A DNA stretch of 64,000 nt, taken from contig OZ316893.1 in assembly GCA_973895155.1 (NCBI GenBank), positions 13,036,359 through 13,100,358 of the forward strand. The letters run 5' to 3'. Shown in pieces: positions 1-12,641 of this stretch (its first letter is position 1; each line of letters begins with the position of its first letter). The DNA is from Marsupella aquatica. Its lineage: Eukaryota > Plantae > Marchantiophyta. A program made the position numbers and the translations under genes. The notes below the pieces were generated by a model. It was not told the origin of the DNA. It ran no database searches and worked only from the letters and a program-made list of their open reading frames with translations.

Positions 1-1492
1 GAAGATATGATCAGAGAGATCCGATCCAAGGAGTGTCCGATTGAGTTTAAGGATACCTCCAGAGGCCGACCTGAGCGATGGACTTAGATGATGGTTGCAA
101 GAGCTTTTGTATTGGAAGATGAAGAAGAAGGTCCAGTGGGGAGAGTTGTCAACCTAATCCTTCCTTACTTCAAAGGAGCCATCAACAGTAAGGACGGGTT
201 CAATATTTTTAAGTGTTTGGATCCTGATCTGAGACAAGTCTTCAGCTTTCTGCTACCCCTGCTGTACCCTGAGAAGCCAAGAAGAGTTACTGTTGGAGTT
301 GGCTCTACCATTGTTGCTGCTTACAAGGGAGAAAGAAAAGTCAACTAGGCTAAGCTTACCTTTGATTTAATAAGGAAGTTGGTACAGAACCTGTCCAACA
401 AGAGTCCTACTCCCCTCTCCTGCTACCTGGCACATCTATATAGCTTTGAAGGAGTCTTGTTTAGAGAGGAGAAGAAAATACCAATTGGCCAAGTTCAACT
501 TCATAAAGTATGGAGAGACAGATCCAGATATCACCCAGGCCACCTCTGATGACAGTGAGGATGAGGAACCAGCAGAGACAAATCCTCGAAAGACCCGGTC
601 TGCTGCCCGGAACCTCGACCCGGACTTTGCCGACCCGGCCTTCGTCAACCCGGCTGAATTTCCGGATGCACCCGGCCATGCCTCCCTAGACACCCTAGCT
701 GATTTCCAGATCATCTCAGACACATTCCAGAAGGTGAAGAGGAAGACCACTGTGATGGAGAAGGCCATCACTGACATTTCTCAGAAGTTAGGAGTGAAAC
801 CAGGGCAGATTCTTGAAAAGATCTCCACCATGAGTGATGCCACAGATAAGAGGAAGTTGGAGAAGGAGAATGAGTTCCTCAAGAAGAAGGTATCTGAACT
901 CAAACAGCAGTTGGAAAGGAGTAAGAAGAAGAATGAGCTTGAGCATACTCTCCAACTCAGTATCACTCAATCTTTGGATCTGATTGAGCCTTTGACTAAG
1001 ATAGCTTCTCCGAATCTTTTTAAGGCCCAAATTTATGATGAGTATTTGGCCAAGAACACCACACCCATCCTTTTCTCCAAGATTAACCATTTAGTGGTAG
1101 ATATGAGTACCAAGGTGGATGATGCACTTACGGGCCTCTCAAAGACCTGTGAAGCCTTAAGGGAGATGAGTGACTTGACTACAAAAGAGCTATTAGCTGA
1201 TACTGAGATTCTTGCCTTTACTACCAGATCTTTCTCTCCTAGTCCTCATGAAGGAGTCTATTCCACTGGCCCCTCATCACCCCTCAACCCTCCTGGTTTC
1301 CCCACTCCCAGTACACACTTCCACTCCCATTCTTACACTTATTCTCATGACCCAAGTGCCCATCAGGAGAACATGGATATTGACCCGTCCATCCCTTTTA
1401 CCACTGGCCAACAGGGAGTTTTCCTTCGACCAGAACCCCTTGCCATAGCTAACCCTGAGGAGGTTCCTTCCCAAATGCTAGGACCAGAATAG
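1..1492 (+). pseudogene. Degenerate retroelement-associated accessory ORF with coiled-coil C-terminal half
   Basis: One frame runs through TAG stops at 85-87 and 346-348 (PEKPRRVTVGVGSTIVAAYKGERKVN*AKLTFDLIRKLV...PTPLSCYLAHLY). It then shifts into the 446..1492 ORF, which has a Lys/Glu-rich coiled coil. The motif style resembles accessory ORFs of plant LTR elements, by recognition only. Confidence 0.4.
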
Positions 1493-2076
1493 AGTTATAT
1501 TTAGAGAGTTAGAGCCATATTAGTTTAGACCTAGAAATAGCTATATAGATTAGTATATGAGTAAGTAGACTCCAATATTTTGTTAGTGTATCCATTGGAG
1601 ACTCTACTCCATTTTTGACTAGGATAGTTCACTTTTATTTACATATTTCTTTAGACTTGGGTTTTGAAAAGGCATATCTTTTCATAATCTCCACTTTTAG
1701 TACAAAAGGAGGAGAACCCAAAGTCAACCTTGGGAGAGAGAGATGCATTTGATTTCCCCATTTTGATTTTGGAGAAATCTATGTCTTTTCTTCCCTTCTT
1801 TTTACCATGGTTAAGTAAAGAGAAGTTTCAAGATTAGCAACCCTTTGAGTTGTTGTGCAATATTCAATGAATACTAGCGTGTGCCTATGATGATATTGGA
1901 AGATCAGCAAGGTCTATGACCAATTCATATAGAAGATTCACCAAAGAAAAATTGAAATTTACGTGAAACTCAAATAAGCAATCTTAAGGATAGTAGGGAT
2001 AAGTGCAGGGAATTTACTGTGAGACTACAGGGAATTCACTCCTGTGAGTTTGCATTTGCACCTGGACCTGTATGTT

Positions 2077-2960
2077 GGAGAATGGCGGATAAACCGGAAG
2101 TTTTAAGGGAATTCAAAATCACTAACATCCGTGCTTACCAATTGCTGCATCCAACTACTGAGGATCATGAGAGTCTAAATCGAACCTGGGGGACCAGCAA
2201 GTCGGCGGAGGAATGGAGAGAGGGATGGGCAAGTATTTGGAGATCGGATTTGTCCACTCGTGCAAAGACCTTTATTTGGAGGGTGTTGGCCTCTGGACTC
2301 TTTACAGGAGTGAGGGCTGCTCGCATTGGCAAGGCTAACGGGCACTGCAAGCTCTGCCCTGGAGTAAGCAAATCGCTTCTTCACCTTTTTATGCAATGTA
2401 CACATGCTAGGAAGTGTTGGTCAGTCTGTGCTGGTGGCTTCAGGGGCATGTTTGCTGACTACCCTGATGGATTAGTTAGGCTTTTAGATTCTGCAACTGG
2501 CAGAGAACCAGGGAAGGTAGTGAAAATGTTTATTCTCTTCCAGATGTTGTGGCAGCTGTGGAGCGGCAGAAATGAACATATGTTTCAGATAGATGGTACT
2601 CGTAGATTTGACTTTAGATTTTTGCTTTCGGAGGCGGTGGATCATGTCTCTGCTATGGGACTGGGCATGCCCCATAATCGACGATATGCTAGATTACAGA
2701 GAGCGCGTGAAATGATGAGCTTGGAAAGAATGGTGTGGTTTAGCCATAGGGATGGATGGGTGACATCGGTCCCCTGACTTTGATATGTGGGGATTTTGTG
2801 TTCTTTTTGACACTTGTGAACCACTTTTGCCCCCTTATTCTGCGGAGTTCTGGGTATGGGTTGTACGTTGTTCCTTTGTTTCCTTGGCTGATGCTGATGG
2901 CTTTCCCCTGCCACGGGGTTTTCGTGGCTTTCAAAATTATAAAAATTAAATATTCCAATG
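2077..2960 (+). mobile_element. L1-type LINE 3' fragment (zf-RVT domain)
   Basis: ORF 2019..2777 contains WASIWRS...KTFIWRVL...HCKLCPGVSKSLLHLFMQCTHARKCW...LWQLWSGRNEHMF, the zinc-binding C-terminus of plant L1 ORF2. It is followed by an A-rich tail near 2932-2950. Confidence 0.8.
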
Positions 2961-3899
2961 AAGGATAGTAGGAGAAGTAAACCAATTCGAGTATCCTAGT
3001 ACCGTCTTAAGCAAGACCTGAAAAGTATCTCGGGTTGATTTACATTGTTGTCTTCTAAATTCAAGAGATGGAGAAGAGTTGCCATGAGAAATTAAAAAGC
3101 ATATACAATGTTGATTTCCGAATCTTAAATTAGGCCATAATCCTTATTGAAGGAGTGGTGATGGTCGGAATTCAATTTCCTTGCGCTTTGAAACCTCCTA
3201 CCTACTCTCTCTAGTTTTAATCTTTGTTAATTCTAGTCTTTATTATTGCACTATGAATCCTAAGGATTACCCACTTGAGTTTGTGGTTAAACATTTATGT
3301 TAAGGAGATCATTAGAAATCTCTCCAACCTAAGAATGTTGGTATAAACTTCTCAAATTGTGTTAATTCAGTCTTTTCGATCTTATCCACTCCTAACGAGA
3401 ACGAAATTGAGTTGTTAAGGAGTAAATAGTCATTTATATCTTTATCACCTTGCTACAGGCTCCACTCTCAGTAAGTTCAAATGTGGAGACATTCATTCGG
3501 GAGACTCGTATCTTTGCTACAATTTTAAGTCATAACTTCAGTTGAGCTTGTAATCTTCATGATCCCCATCGTTTGAAGTCAGAGTAGCACTATCATCTAG
3601 AAAACATAGGATTACTATTGGCGGTATGCGGTGTGTCTTAGCAAGAAACACAGAGTGTGAGGCGTGTAGTTTGATGGTTAAAGCGAACAGTGAAGCCTTG
3701 CAAACGGTAAGTCCATTGAAGTCAAGTGAGTCCGATAAGCAAGAAGTTGAGGTAGTACTTCTAGATCCTAGGAAGGGAAATGTGAGGGTGTATAATCGAT
3801 AAGGGTTTGAAGGGGAAGGCCAAAGTATTACACAAGGATGTAGGAAAGGGCAACGGTCTAGAGATTGGAAAGTTGAAGATTTCTCTAAAGACATTGACT

Positions 3900-6800
3900 A
3901 CTTCCACAATGTGATTAGCTTGCCAAGCGAGGGGAGGACCCCAAAGAGTTTAACTGCTACTAATGTGCCCGTGAAGAAGTTGGAAGAACATTTTGGACCA
4001 AAAGAGGGCCATAATGGCTACAAGAAAGGCGAGATCAAGGGAATTCATGCTGAGGATATTCAGATACTCATTTGTGCCTTGGACGGGATAAAGAAGTTCT
4101 AGCCTTACACACAGGAAGTTGCGAAGGGACTTTATTACGAACACATTTTGAAGAAGAAGGTGAACTGAGCAGCTTTTGCTGTTGAGAAACACAAAGGGCA
4201 ACTCCGAAGGTGGAAAATCCAAGAGAAGGAGTTAGACCTGAACGTCCCACCTTGGAAGCGCGTTGAGCATAAGTACAAGCCTCCGACAGACTTAATTATT
4301 GATGTAGAGGAGGCCAATAGTTGTCGGAGCAAGGGGAAGCCTGATCCGAGCTCCAATCTTGGGGCCATAGAGCACGTCTCGCTTGGTGTGGAGTGTATGG
4401 AAGAAGGGGACATGTATCTAAGTATCATGTCTATCTAAGTTGTCAAAGAAGATTGAACAGAATCAACCGTCTGTAGCAAAGTGTAGGAGTTCACGATTAC
4501 TTGGCAAGCACTTGGAGAAAATCATGGAGAGTGACAACAGTGGGAATGATGGGTCTGAAAAGTCAGTTGACACAAACTATGGGGTAGGTTTAAGTAATGG
4601 CGTTAAATCATATGGTGTTGAAGAGCCACGTAAGGTAGGACAAGGACAAACTGTCATTTTTACTTCAATTGAAGCTAATTGCATTAATTGTCCAATTTTT
4701 GTATATCTTGATTTGGTGCTAGTGTTACTAATTACTTGAATGTGCACAGTGTTATCAATAGGCTCCCCAACAATCAAGAACTAAATATTATGTGGATCCT
4801 AGGACAAAGGAAGTGAGTTTATGTAAGTAATTATTCATTACCTCATTTTCCATGAGCTTGTTTTTGACTTGCCAAGTGATTCCCGAGTTCAAAGATTCTC
4901 ACAATTGCAGATTGACTATCACTAGTTACATTAATGTTTGACTTGCTAACAGGATCTCTTTGGTTGGTTGTGGTAGTGACACCCTTGCCATGAGCATCTA
5001 CTCGTGATTTGGATGATGGAATTGTCATAGAAAGATCAGAACAAACATATGTACAACAATCATCTCATGCTGCAAAGAAGCAATGGGAAGAGAACACAAG
5101 CGAGCGTCGCAAGTTGGGCATGAAGAAAGCTGCAATCACTCTATGTTGCTTGTGAAAGATCATGTTTGTGATTTATTGTTTGTCCTCTATTATTGTTTTC
5201 TTATGATGCATTGTGTGCAGATTTGGAACAATGATGTTGATCCTAGTGATCCATATCGGGCACGTTGGGGAGATGATCTTTGTGATGTGTGTATGGGAAA
5301 ACTGAATCCTTCTATCCATGAGATTAAGAAGCAAGACTCATGGGTTCTTCTTCATGTTTCTGTTGTGTTGGAGAATGATTGGGAGTATCTACAAGAGACT
5401 CTGTCAATGAAGAAGTTTAGGTCTCATTGTTCAGCAGGTGTTGAAAGCACAACAAGCAAGACTCCACAAATATTTTCAAGAAGGTGGAAGACGCCTGGAC
5501 AAGAAGCCCCCTGAGAATGTGAAACCTGAACATTGGAAGGCATTGTGTGAGTGGTGGTTGTCTCTAGAAGGGATGTCTAGCATTGACAAGATGAAGTATG
5601 CAAGATCTAAAGTCATTAATCCATCAAGTCAAACTTTGTAAGTATACAAGATTCATTTATAATTATTATGAATGTTTGTAAACAACAAGTAGGCTTACAG
5701 CATGTGTCTTTCTCTGTTTTAGCAATTGGTATGCAAAGAAGCAAGGAGTTTCATTCTAATATATTTTGTTTGGTTTCATTGTTCAGAAGAGAAAAAGAGG
5801 GGAAAGTCCACCTTTGTCAGAGCTACATTCCAAAGATGATAGAATTAATCCATCAAGTGTGAGATCTGTCACAAGTTAGGCCACACCATCTCAGCGGAGA
5901 GGCAGAAAGTTAATTGTGAGTATAGTTCACAAGCCCAATTTGTGATTTCCAAATTGTCAAGTCTATGTAATATCCACTAACTTTTGTATAATTGGTCAAT
6001 GGTTGTAGACACCAATTTCCAAGACTATGATGGAAGACGATGTAAATCGTGGTGAGCTATGTTGACTAAAATTGTGGATGCAATAAATATTGGGATAAGT
6101 GTTGGGATGAGTGTTGGGTTTGACAAAATAATAACAATTTTGGCAAAACAGAACCACAATGAAGATGTGGAAGAAACCAAAATTATCCCAGTTGGGCCAA
6201 GACCATCTTCAATGCCTTCACAAATGAGTTCAGTTTTGAAAAGTCATTCGGGTCTGAAAAGTCATTCAGGCCGTAGTACTTAAGCTATGAAACTAGATTT
6301 TTTGGTGGACTTGACCAAAAAAGGTATGTTTTTTACATAGGACAATTAAAGTAGTGTAATCAAACATGAATGACTTGGATTAGTGAATTTTTTCTAATGT
6401 CTTGAAATGTTTATGGGCAGTTGAAGATGATCAAGGGATTGATCTCAATGTCGATACGAAATACAACACTGTCAACCCAGTAATTGTGAAACAAGAGATC
6501 AATGAAAAAACATAGGTGGTATATAATTTGCCTATGCAGCATGATCAAGCAGGCAAAATAAGTGATGATTATTAATGTGTTCATTATCCCATGAATTTGT
6601 AATGTGAACCTAGTAGGGCATGCTTATGTAAATTGTCTCACCCTAATCTATTTTGCAAAAGATAATTGAAACTGTGACACATGAAACTGTTTGTACAAAG
6701 TCATCTGAAGAAACCATCGTTGCAGAGTTTCCAAAGTTGGTACCTTCATCCTTTGTCTTGAAGGTGAGCAAAAACAAATTATTGCTTTCAATACATGTCT

Positions 6801-7156
6801 TATTCATTTATTTGTTATAATTTGTCATTAACAAACCTATTGAAATGATTGTATGAGTTTAATGAAATGACTGTATTATCTTGTTGATGTGTGCATCACA
6901 GTTTAAAGTAGGAGACATGATGAAACTGAAGTCACCAGTGGATCAGCAAGTGATTGCTATTGAAAAAGTTGATGGAGTATGTGGAGTTGATCGATATTAT
7001 GACAATCCAGTTTCTATTGGCTTCTTGATTGTCAAAGTTGTTTCTATTTTGAATAGAGATGCACCTCTCCAAGAAAAGCACCCAGAAAGGCTTGGTAGCC
7101 CTCAAATATGTGAAGGGGCATCCATTTTTGTGGAGATAGAGTTAATAAGGAAGTAG
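3900..7156 (+). mobile_element. Decayed CACTA/En-Spm TnpA-like gene fragments
   Basis: Broken, intron-separated pieces. KPPENVKPEHWKALCEWW...KMKYARSKV (5438-5641) resembles the Ptta/En/Spm plant transposase domain. 6881..7156 resembles a Tnp1/En-Spm-like C-terminal domain. No termini found. Confidence 0.5.
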
Positions 7157-10100
7157 GATTTGGTAATTGAGTAGTGCTTACAATAGAAAATTCATGTGAT
7201 TGAATTAGTTTCTATAGGTAGCATGGATACTGTTGTGCAACTATAACTCTCAATTTTTGGATTCCTAGATGTGGATCACTCTAGAATTTTGTTGGTGTTT
7301 GAAATAATGATTTACCAAGATTGTATCATGTGTAAAATTTTGTTGATTTTGTATGTGAGACATATGTGAGATTTTTGTTATTATATATGTTTACATTTTA
7401 GGGTTTAAAACTCTAAAACTAATGACTCTAAATCTAGTGATCAATACACTCTAATGTCCTGTCATTTAAGTTCTATAATACACCCAAATTTAGTGATCAA
7501 TACACTACAATGTACTTTCATTCAAGTTCTATAATACACCCAAATCATTATAATTGCAGTGATACTAGATTATGATCATATTATTATAACTATAGTTAAT
7601 AAAGATATGATGTTCGTCATCCATTTTAAAGTTATAAAATAACAACCTATAACATTTAAGATATAATCATATAGCAAATAATAATGGATTGAATGATACG
7701 TCTGTAAATAGGGTCATATAAGAAATAACAAAAGCTCTACAATTATTAATTTAATTTGAGCATCACTGAAGAATGTATATTGTGTATATATAACATAACC
7801 TATATGGTCTAATAATACTATTATAAAGCTCTTAAATAAAAACTCTTTCCACATAAAATCAAATAACATAATATGAATTCTAATCTCCTTAAAAGAATCC
7901 CTATAATAATGTCATCTGATTATCGTGTTTGCATGGTTACATACTGTGATTAACATACCAGTCAACACATCTTGCTCATACACAACACTCGATTAGAGAA
8001 AAATACATCAATATATATGAAATTTCATTTAATTTTATTGTAGAGTAAAAAATATTTTTTTCATTACGGACACAACTATTTTATGTTCAAAATAGCTACT
8101 CTGGATCCAACTAACTAACCGGATAGACTAAATAGAGATTATCCACTTCTGAAGAACGAGATTCAATGACTATGAAGTGCGGCCTATAAAAAAGAAACAC
8201 ATTTCTTAATTAGATATGTCCATGAAGTGCGCTTTTATAGAGCGATATCAAATTCAATGGCCAACATATTTTGTTTCTTACCCATAAGTTCTTGTAAAGG
8301 TTTGGTGCCTTGACAAAAATAGATTTCAAACGGGTCTTTCGATTTGCATAGTTGATATAAGTTTAAGAAGTTTGACATAAATAAATCATTATCTTAATAA
8401 CAAATTTTCTTATATTTTTTAATTGATTTTCATGTTCGGGTCAATAGACAAATCATCAACCTTCCCAAGTAACCAACAGTGGGGTTGGTTCGTCATTCCA
8501 TGAAAAATAGGGTACAAAAATAGTTTACTATGAATTCCATGATTTTTTTGTTGCTCTGCCATGTCTCACGTTGTATTTGTATGAAATATCAAATCTGATT
8601 AGTGAACAATGAGTATATCATATGAATTTATATCATGATAATCCGCAATTTAATACTTAAATAAAAAATGCACAATGTAAAGTTATACTTCAATCAGTTT
8701 TTCAGTTGTACTTACATGTCGAGGGTCTGCCAAATTTGTTTTCAACCAGCAAATCTCAATCACCTACAAATCTCAATCGCCTGCAAATCTCAATCGCCAA
8801 GATTGTACTCATTTATATATGGCAAACAAAGCTCAATAAGGACTTTGCGACCAACAATTTATGTAATGGAAAACAAGCCAATGAGAATGTTAGATCATAT
8901 AGACCAAGACATGCTTTTAGACCCTGCTCTCCATATTGGGTAAGTTTGCTGTGCGTCTTCATTTGGGTGCTAACGTATTGATCCTCGATGTGATTTTTAA
9001 AAACACTTACAAACTCAGACGCCAATTGTGGATATTGTTTTTGATACGCAATAGTTTTCTCTGTTTGGGAGAGCCATATTCAACTTTGTAGTAATGTGCA
9101 TTGCAATTTGTGTTTGTATAACCTAAAATCATATATTTTTATATCAATTCTCATCGCCACATCATCCTTGTGATCAAAGTAAAGAAATATATTTTCAAAG
9201 TGAAGGTTACAATAAAATTAATCAATTATGGGTGTGCAAGTATTGCAACATCTCCAACAAAGTCATGGCAATCTCCAAATATTCCTAAATTTTTTTTATA
9301 TAAATGTGATATCGGCTTGAAAATTGGATTGTGATTTTTTTTTGCTCTTACTCCATTTTTTACACTTATCTATGAAGCTTTCCAAATCATCTCTTATATT
9401 TTAATGATCATAGATAAGTTTTGGTGGATCTTCGATGGTCATTGCCAAGATCCCAAATTCCTTTGTGATTCAATTTTCCCATTAATATTTATTGTATTGC
9501 ATCTATTTGCCTCTTATGTCGATCTCCATCCTTGAATCTTTTTGTAACTAGTATTGCGTTTCGAGGAATCAGTGGACAATCCAAGATATGGCATATGGAC
9601 ACCTATCCTTGGATGTCATTTTTGATGCGATATAAATTTTGCACTTACTCATTTCTCAAGGAATGAATCTTCTTAAGTGCGGGAAGAACACATGATGGAC
9701 ATGTATCTTTGTGATGCCTTTCGATGCCAATCTTCCCAAATTGCATGATCTTATTTGCAAATTTTACATTACTCTTCGTTTTGGCCCATGCTACCTCTTT
9801 GCTTTATTTTGCTAACAAATCTCTTTTGGGTGTGTATAGCTTGGGAATTCTAAGGATTATGAACTCAACCTCATCCAAATTGGCTTCTAACTTGTCCCAA
9901 AGATATAGTGCAAAGTTAAGTGTCAAATGTTGAACAAATCCTTATGGCTTCTCATAATCACGTTGAAATTCAATAATTTTATCTCGTGTCATGTATTATT
10001 CTTTCTTCACATTCTTGTATATCTAACGCACCATCTCATTTAGAAGGTTTTTGTAACCCTGTGTTCCATGCATGGTATATTTTCTCCTCAATTTTCTCTC

Positions 10101-10979
10101 AAACTCATCCTATTGATATTATGCTAGTAAAGTGTAGGGATATAGTATTATCTCTTCCCAAATTTCCACTAACACACATCAAATTTGTTATAATTCACCA
10201 TTTGCTCCAGCTCTATATTTTTTGCTTCCCTACTATTTTGGCTTTTATACTATATTGTAAGATTTTTGTGAGCATTCCTCATGGCACTAAGGGCATGAGC
10301 ATTTGCCTGATATCCCCCGCTCAATATGGTCGACATTGTCTCTAACAATTGCCTATGATCTACACCCATATTTGTGTTGGTCATGTTCTCACCTAACCAA
10401 AACAATATGTGTTATAGGAATATACGCTTAAAGTGCGTGTTGGTTGGTTGACAAGGTATGGATGAAGCGTGTACAATGAAGCTGGATTAGGAAATTCTAA
10501 AATATCATGCATTGTACATCTTGTGTTGGTATCAACATAGCCCGAACAATGTGATTGCAAGATTTATTATTTTTTAAATTTATTTTGTATGGACTCCATT
10601 AGAGGTTCCTTCCAAAATTTGAAACTCCACAACGTTCCATGTCATCATGACGCGCTACAAATAGGAACAAATTGGTTTCAAAAAAAAGATTACTTCACCT
10701 TTCGTGTTTGTTGCAAGATTTTGGTAAAATTGAAGGACGTCATGCCATAAAATATGATGTAAAATTATTTTAAATAATAGTTTTATTTACCCTAAGTAAT
10801 TGACTGTGCATTTAGTAGTAGGCCCACCCTCATTCTGAATTTTGATTCAATTGAGTAGAGGATAGCGAGAGAAATGCTTACTAGAAGCGCAATGATGATG
10901 GGGGCATTATTAAGCAACAAAGGGCCACCGATGATGAGGATGTTGAGATGAAAATTGAGGATGTCACACCATTCTGAGT

Positions 10980-12641
10980 AGTGTAGTAGTATATCGTGCT
11001 ATTAGAGTATGTACGTTTGGTATGAGTGCTATTGGAGCCGATAAGGTTCCGTCAGGTTTGTGTGAGAGGGTACTTCTCACTTGTGAGGCATTGAAAGGTC
11101 ATCTTTCAATGTTGAGCCTTGGAGAGAGAGGAGCTTGAGTGTGGCTATGGTGGCTGTGAGCTCCGCTTGTGTAACGTGGATTCCTTGAGTAGTGCAAGGT
11201 GCGTTGGCTTGACATACGTGTGTGATCGGATCGGTGCGGGATCGATGGGGTATTGTTGATCGGGATCGTTGTGCCGATCTTATGGAGATTACATTGAAAG
11301 ATGACATTTGAAATCTGTTGTACGGACTGTGCGGACAGAAGTTCGATTGATTGAGTTGTCGACGATTCGTGGTAGCTCGGATCGTGCGTTGTTATCAAAC
11401 AGATCGTTGGTATCTTGACCTGTATCGTTGTTGTCTGATCGGCCTGCTTCCCGATCGATGTACAGATCTGTGATTGGTGACAGGTTTTGAGTTGGAGGTC
11501 GATTGATGATTCGTGGAGGAAAGCGAATATTGAGTAGATGTTGGACAGTGGAAGTCGATCCGTGAGGCTTCAGATCCGATTGCCGGCTACTGTGAGGCTT
11601 CAGATCTGATTGTCGGCTACCGTGGGGCTTCAGATCTGATTGTCGGCTATTGTTGGACGATGTTGGCAAGGCACAGGTGAAGCGACGGCTCTTTTCCTGA
11701 AGGAACGGAGCTGCCAATGCCCCGTAAGAAAGAAACGAGGGTCAAAGGTGTTGAATCAAGCTGCTGCCAATTCTGTGGAAGGGCTGCGTTTTTCATGAAG
11801 GAAATCGACAGTTTTCAAGAGCTTTTCGTGAAGGAAGTAGTCATTTTAGGGGTCAGGTGTGAGGCGCATGAGGCCACCCATCCCGAAAGTGCTCGCGCGA
11901 GGCGACGCGTGAGGTCACCCATCCTGAAAGTGCTCCCAACCGCGAGCGCAAAGTCACCCATCGCGAGCGCAGGCAGGCGCAAGGTCGAGGTCACCCATCC
12001 CGGGGCTATTCCGAGCCGTGAGTGCGAGGGAAGGCACAAGGTCGAGCACGAGGAGGTCACCCATCCCAGGGCTATTCCCAACCGCGAGCGCTTAACTGGC
12101 AAGTTCTCATCCCAACTTGTGTACACACAAGCTTTGACAACTTGTTGTTTAGATTCAAGCGCCAGGGGAACTTCCCGGTTTGTTTAGAGGCCTATTCTAG
12201 GCCAAATCAGAGGCTGTTTTAGGGTTTTTGATACTTCTAAGTCCATCTAGACTCACAGATTGAACCAATTTTGCCTTGGTTCTCATCTACAACATTGGAG
12301 TGCCATTGTGAAGCCTATTATGAAGGCTCTTCCTTGAACCTTATGCACATTGTCATATTGATTTGCATTTGCTTTTGTGTGGAGAGTTGAATGGTATCCA
12401 TTCTTGTTTCTGGATCCTCTTCACACATATTTCCTGTTTATGCGCCATGTTAGTTTGGTGTGGGCGCTTGATTCCATAGGAGTGATCCGGGTTTGCAACT
12501 GGACATTCTAGTGTGCTGTGTATTTCTCTCTTGGTGATGTTGGAGTGATGCCCAACACACCATGGTGAGTGCTTGTGGTGCTGACAGGGATAGATTGCCC
12601 TTAGGGTTAGCACATAGATTAGATTAGGGTTGGTCACCACG
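10980..12641 (+). other. Putative 5' LTR/leader remnant of the Ty3 element
   Basis: Non-coding, repeat-containing, CpG-rich region directly upstream of gag. It ends in CCACG (12637-12641), close to the inverse of TGTGG after the PPT at 29297, and is followed by a possible PBS TGGTGCTG at 12650. No direct 5'/3' LTR match could be seen. Confidence 0.35.
11561..11650 (+). repeat. 3 x 30-bp tandem repeat
   Basis: cgtgaggcttcagatccgattgccggctac / tgtgaggcttcagatctgattgtcggctac / cgtggggcttcagatctgattgtcggctat. Confidence 0.95.

Noticed and set aside
8000-10800. Decayed minus-strand coding sequence, possibly another DNA transposon
   Set aside because: The strand-biased composition suggests a relic, but I could not recognise any diagnostic motif or terminus.
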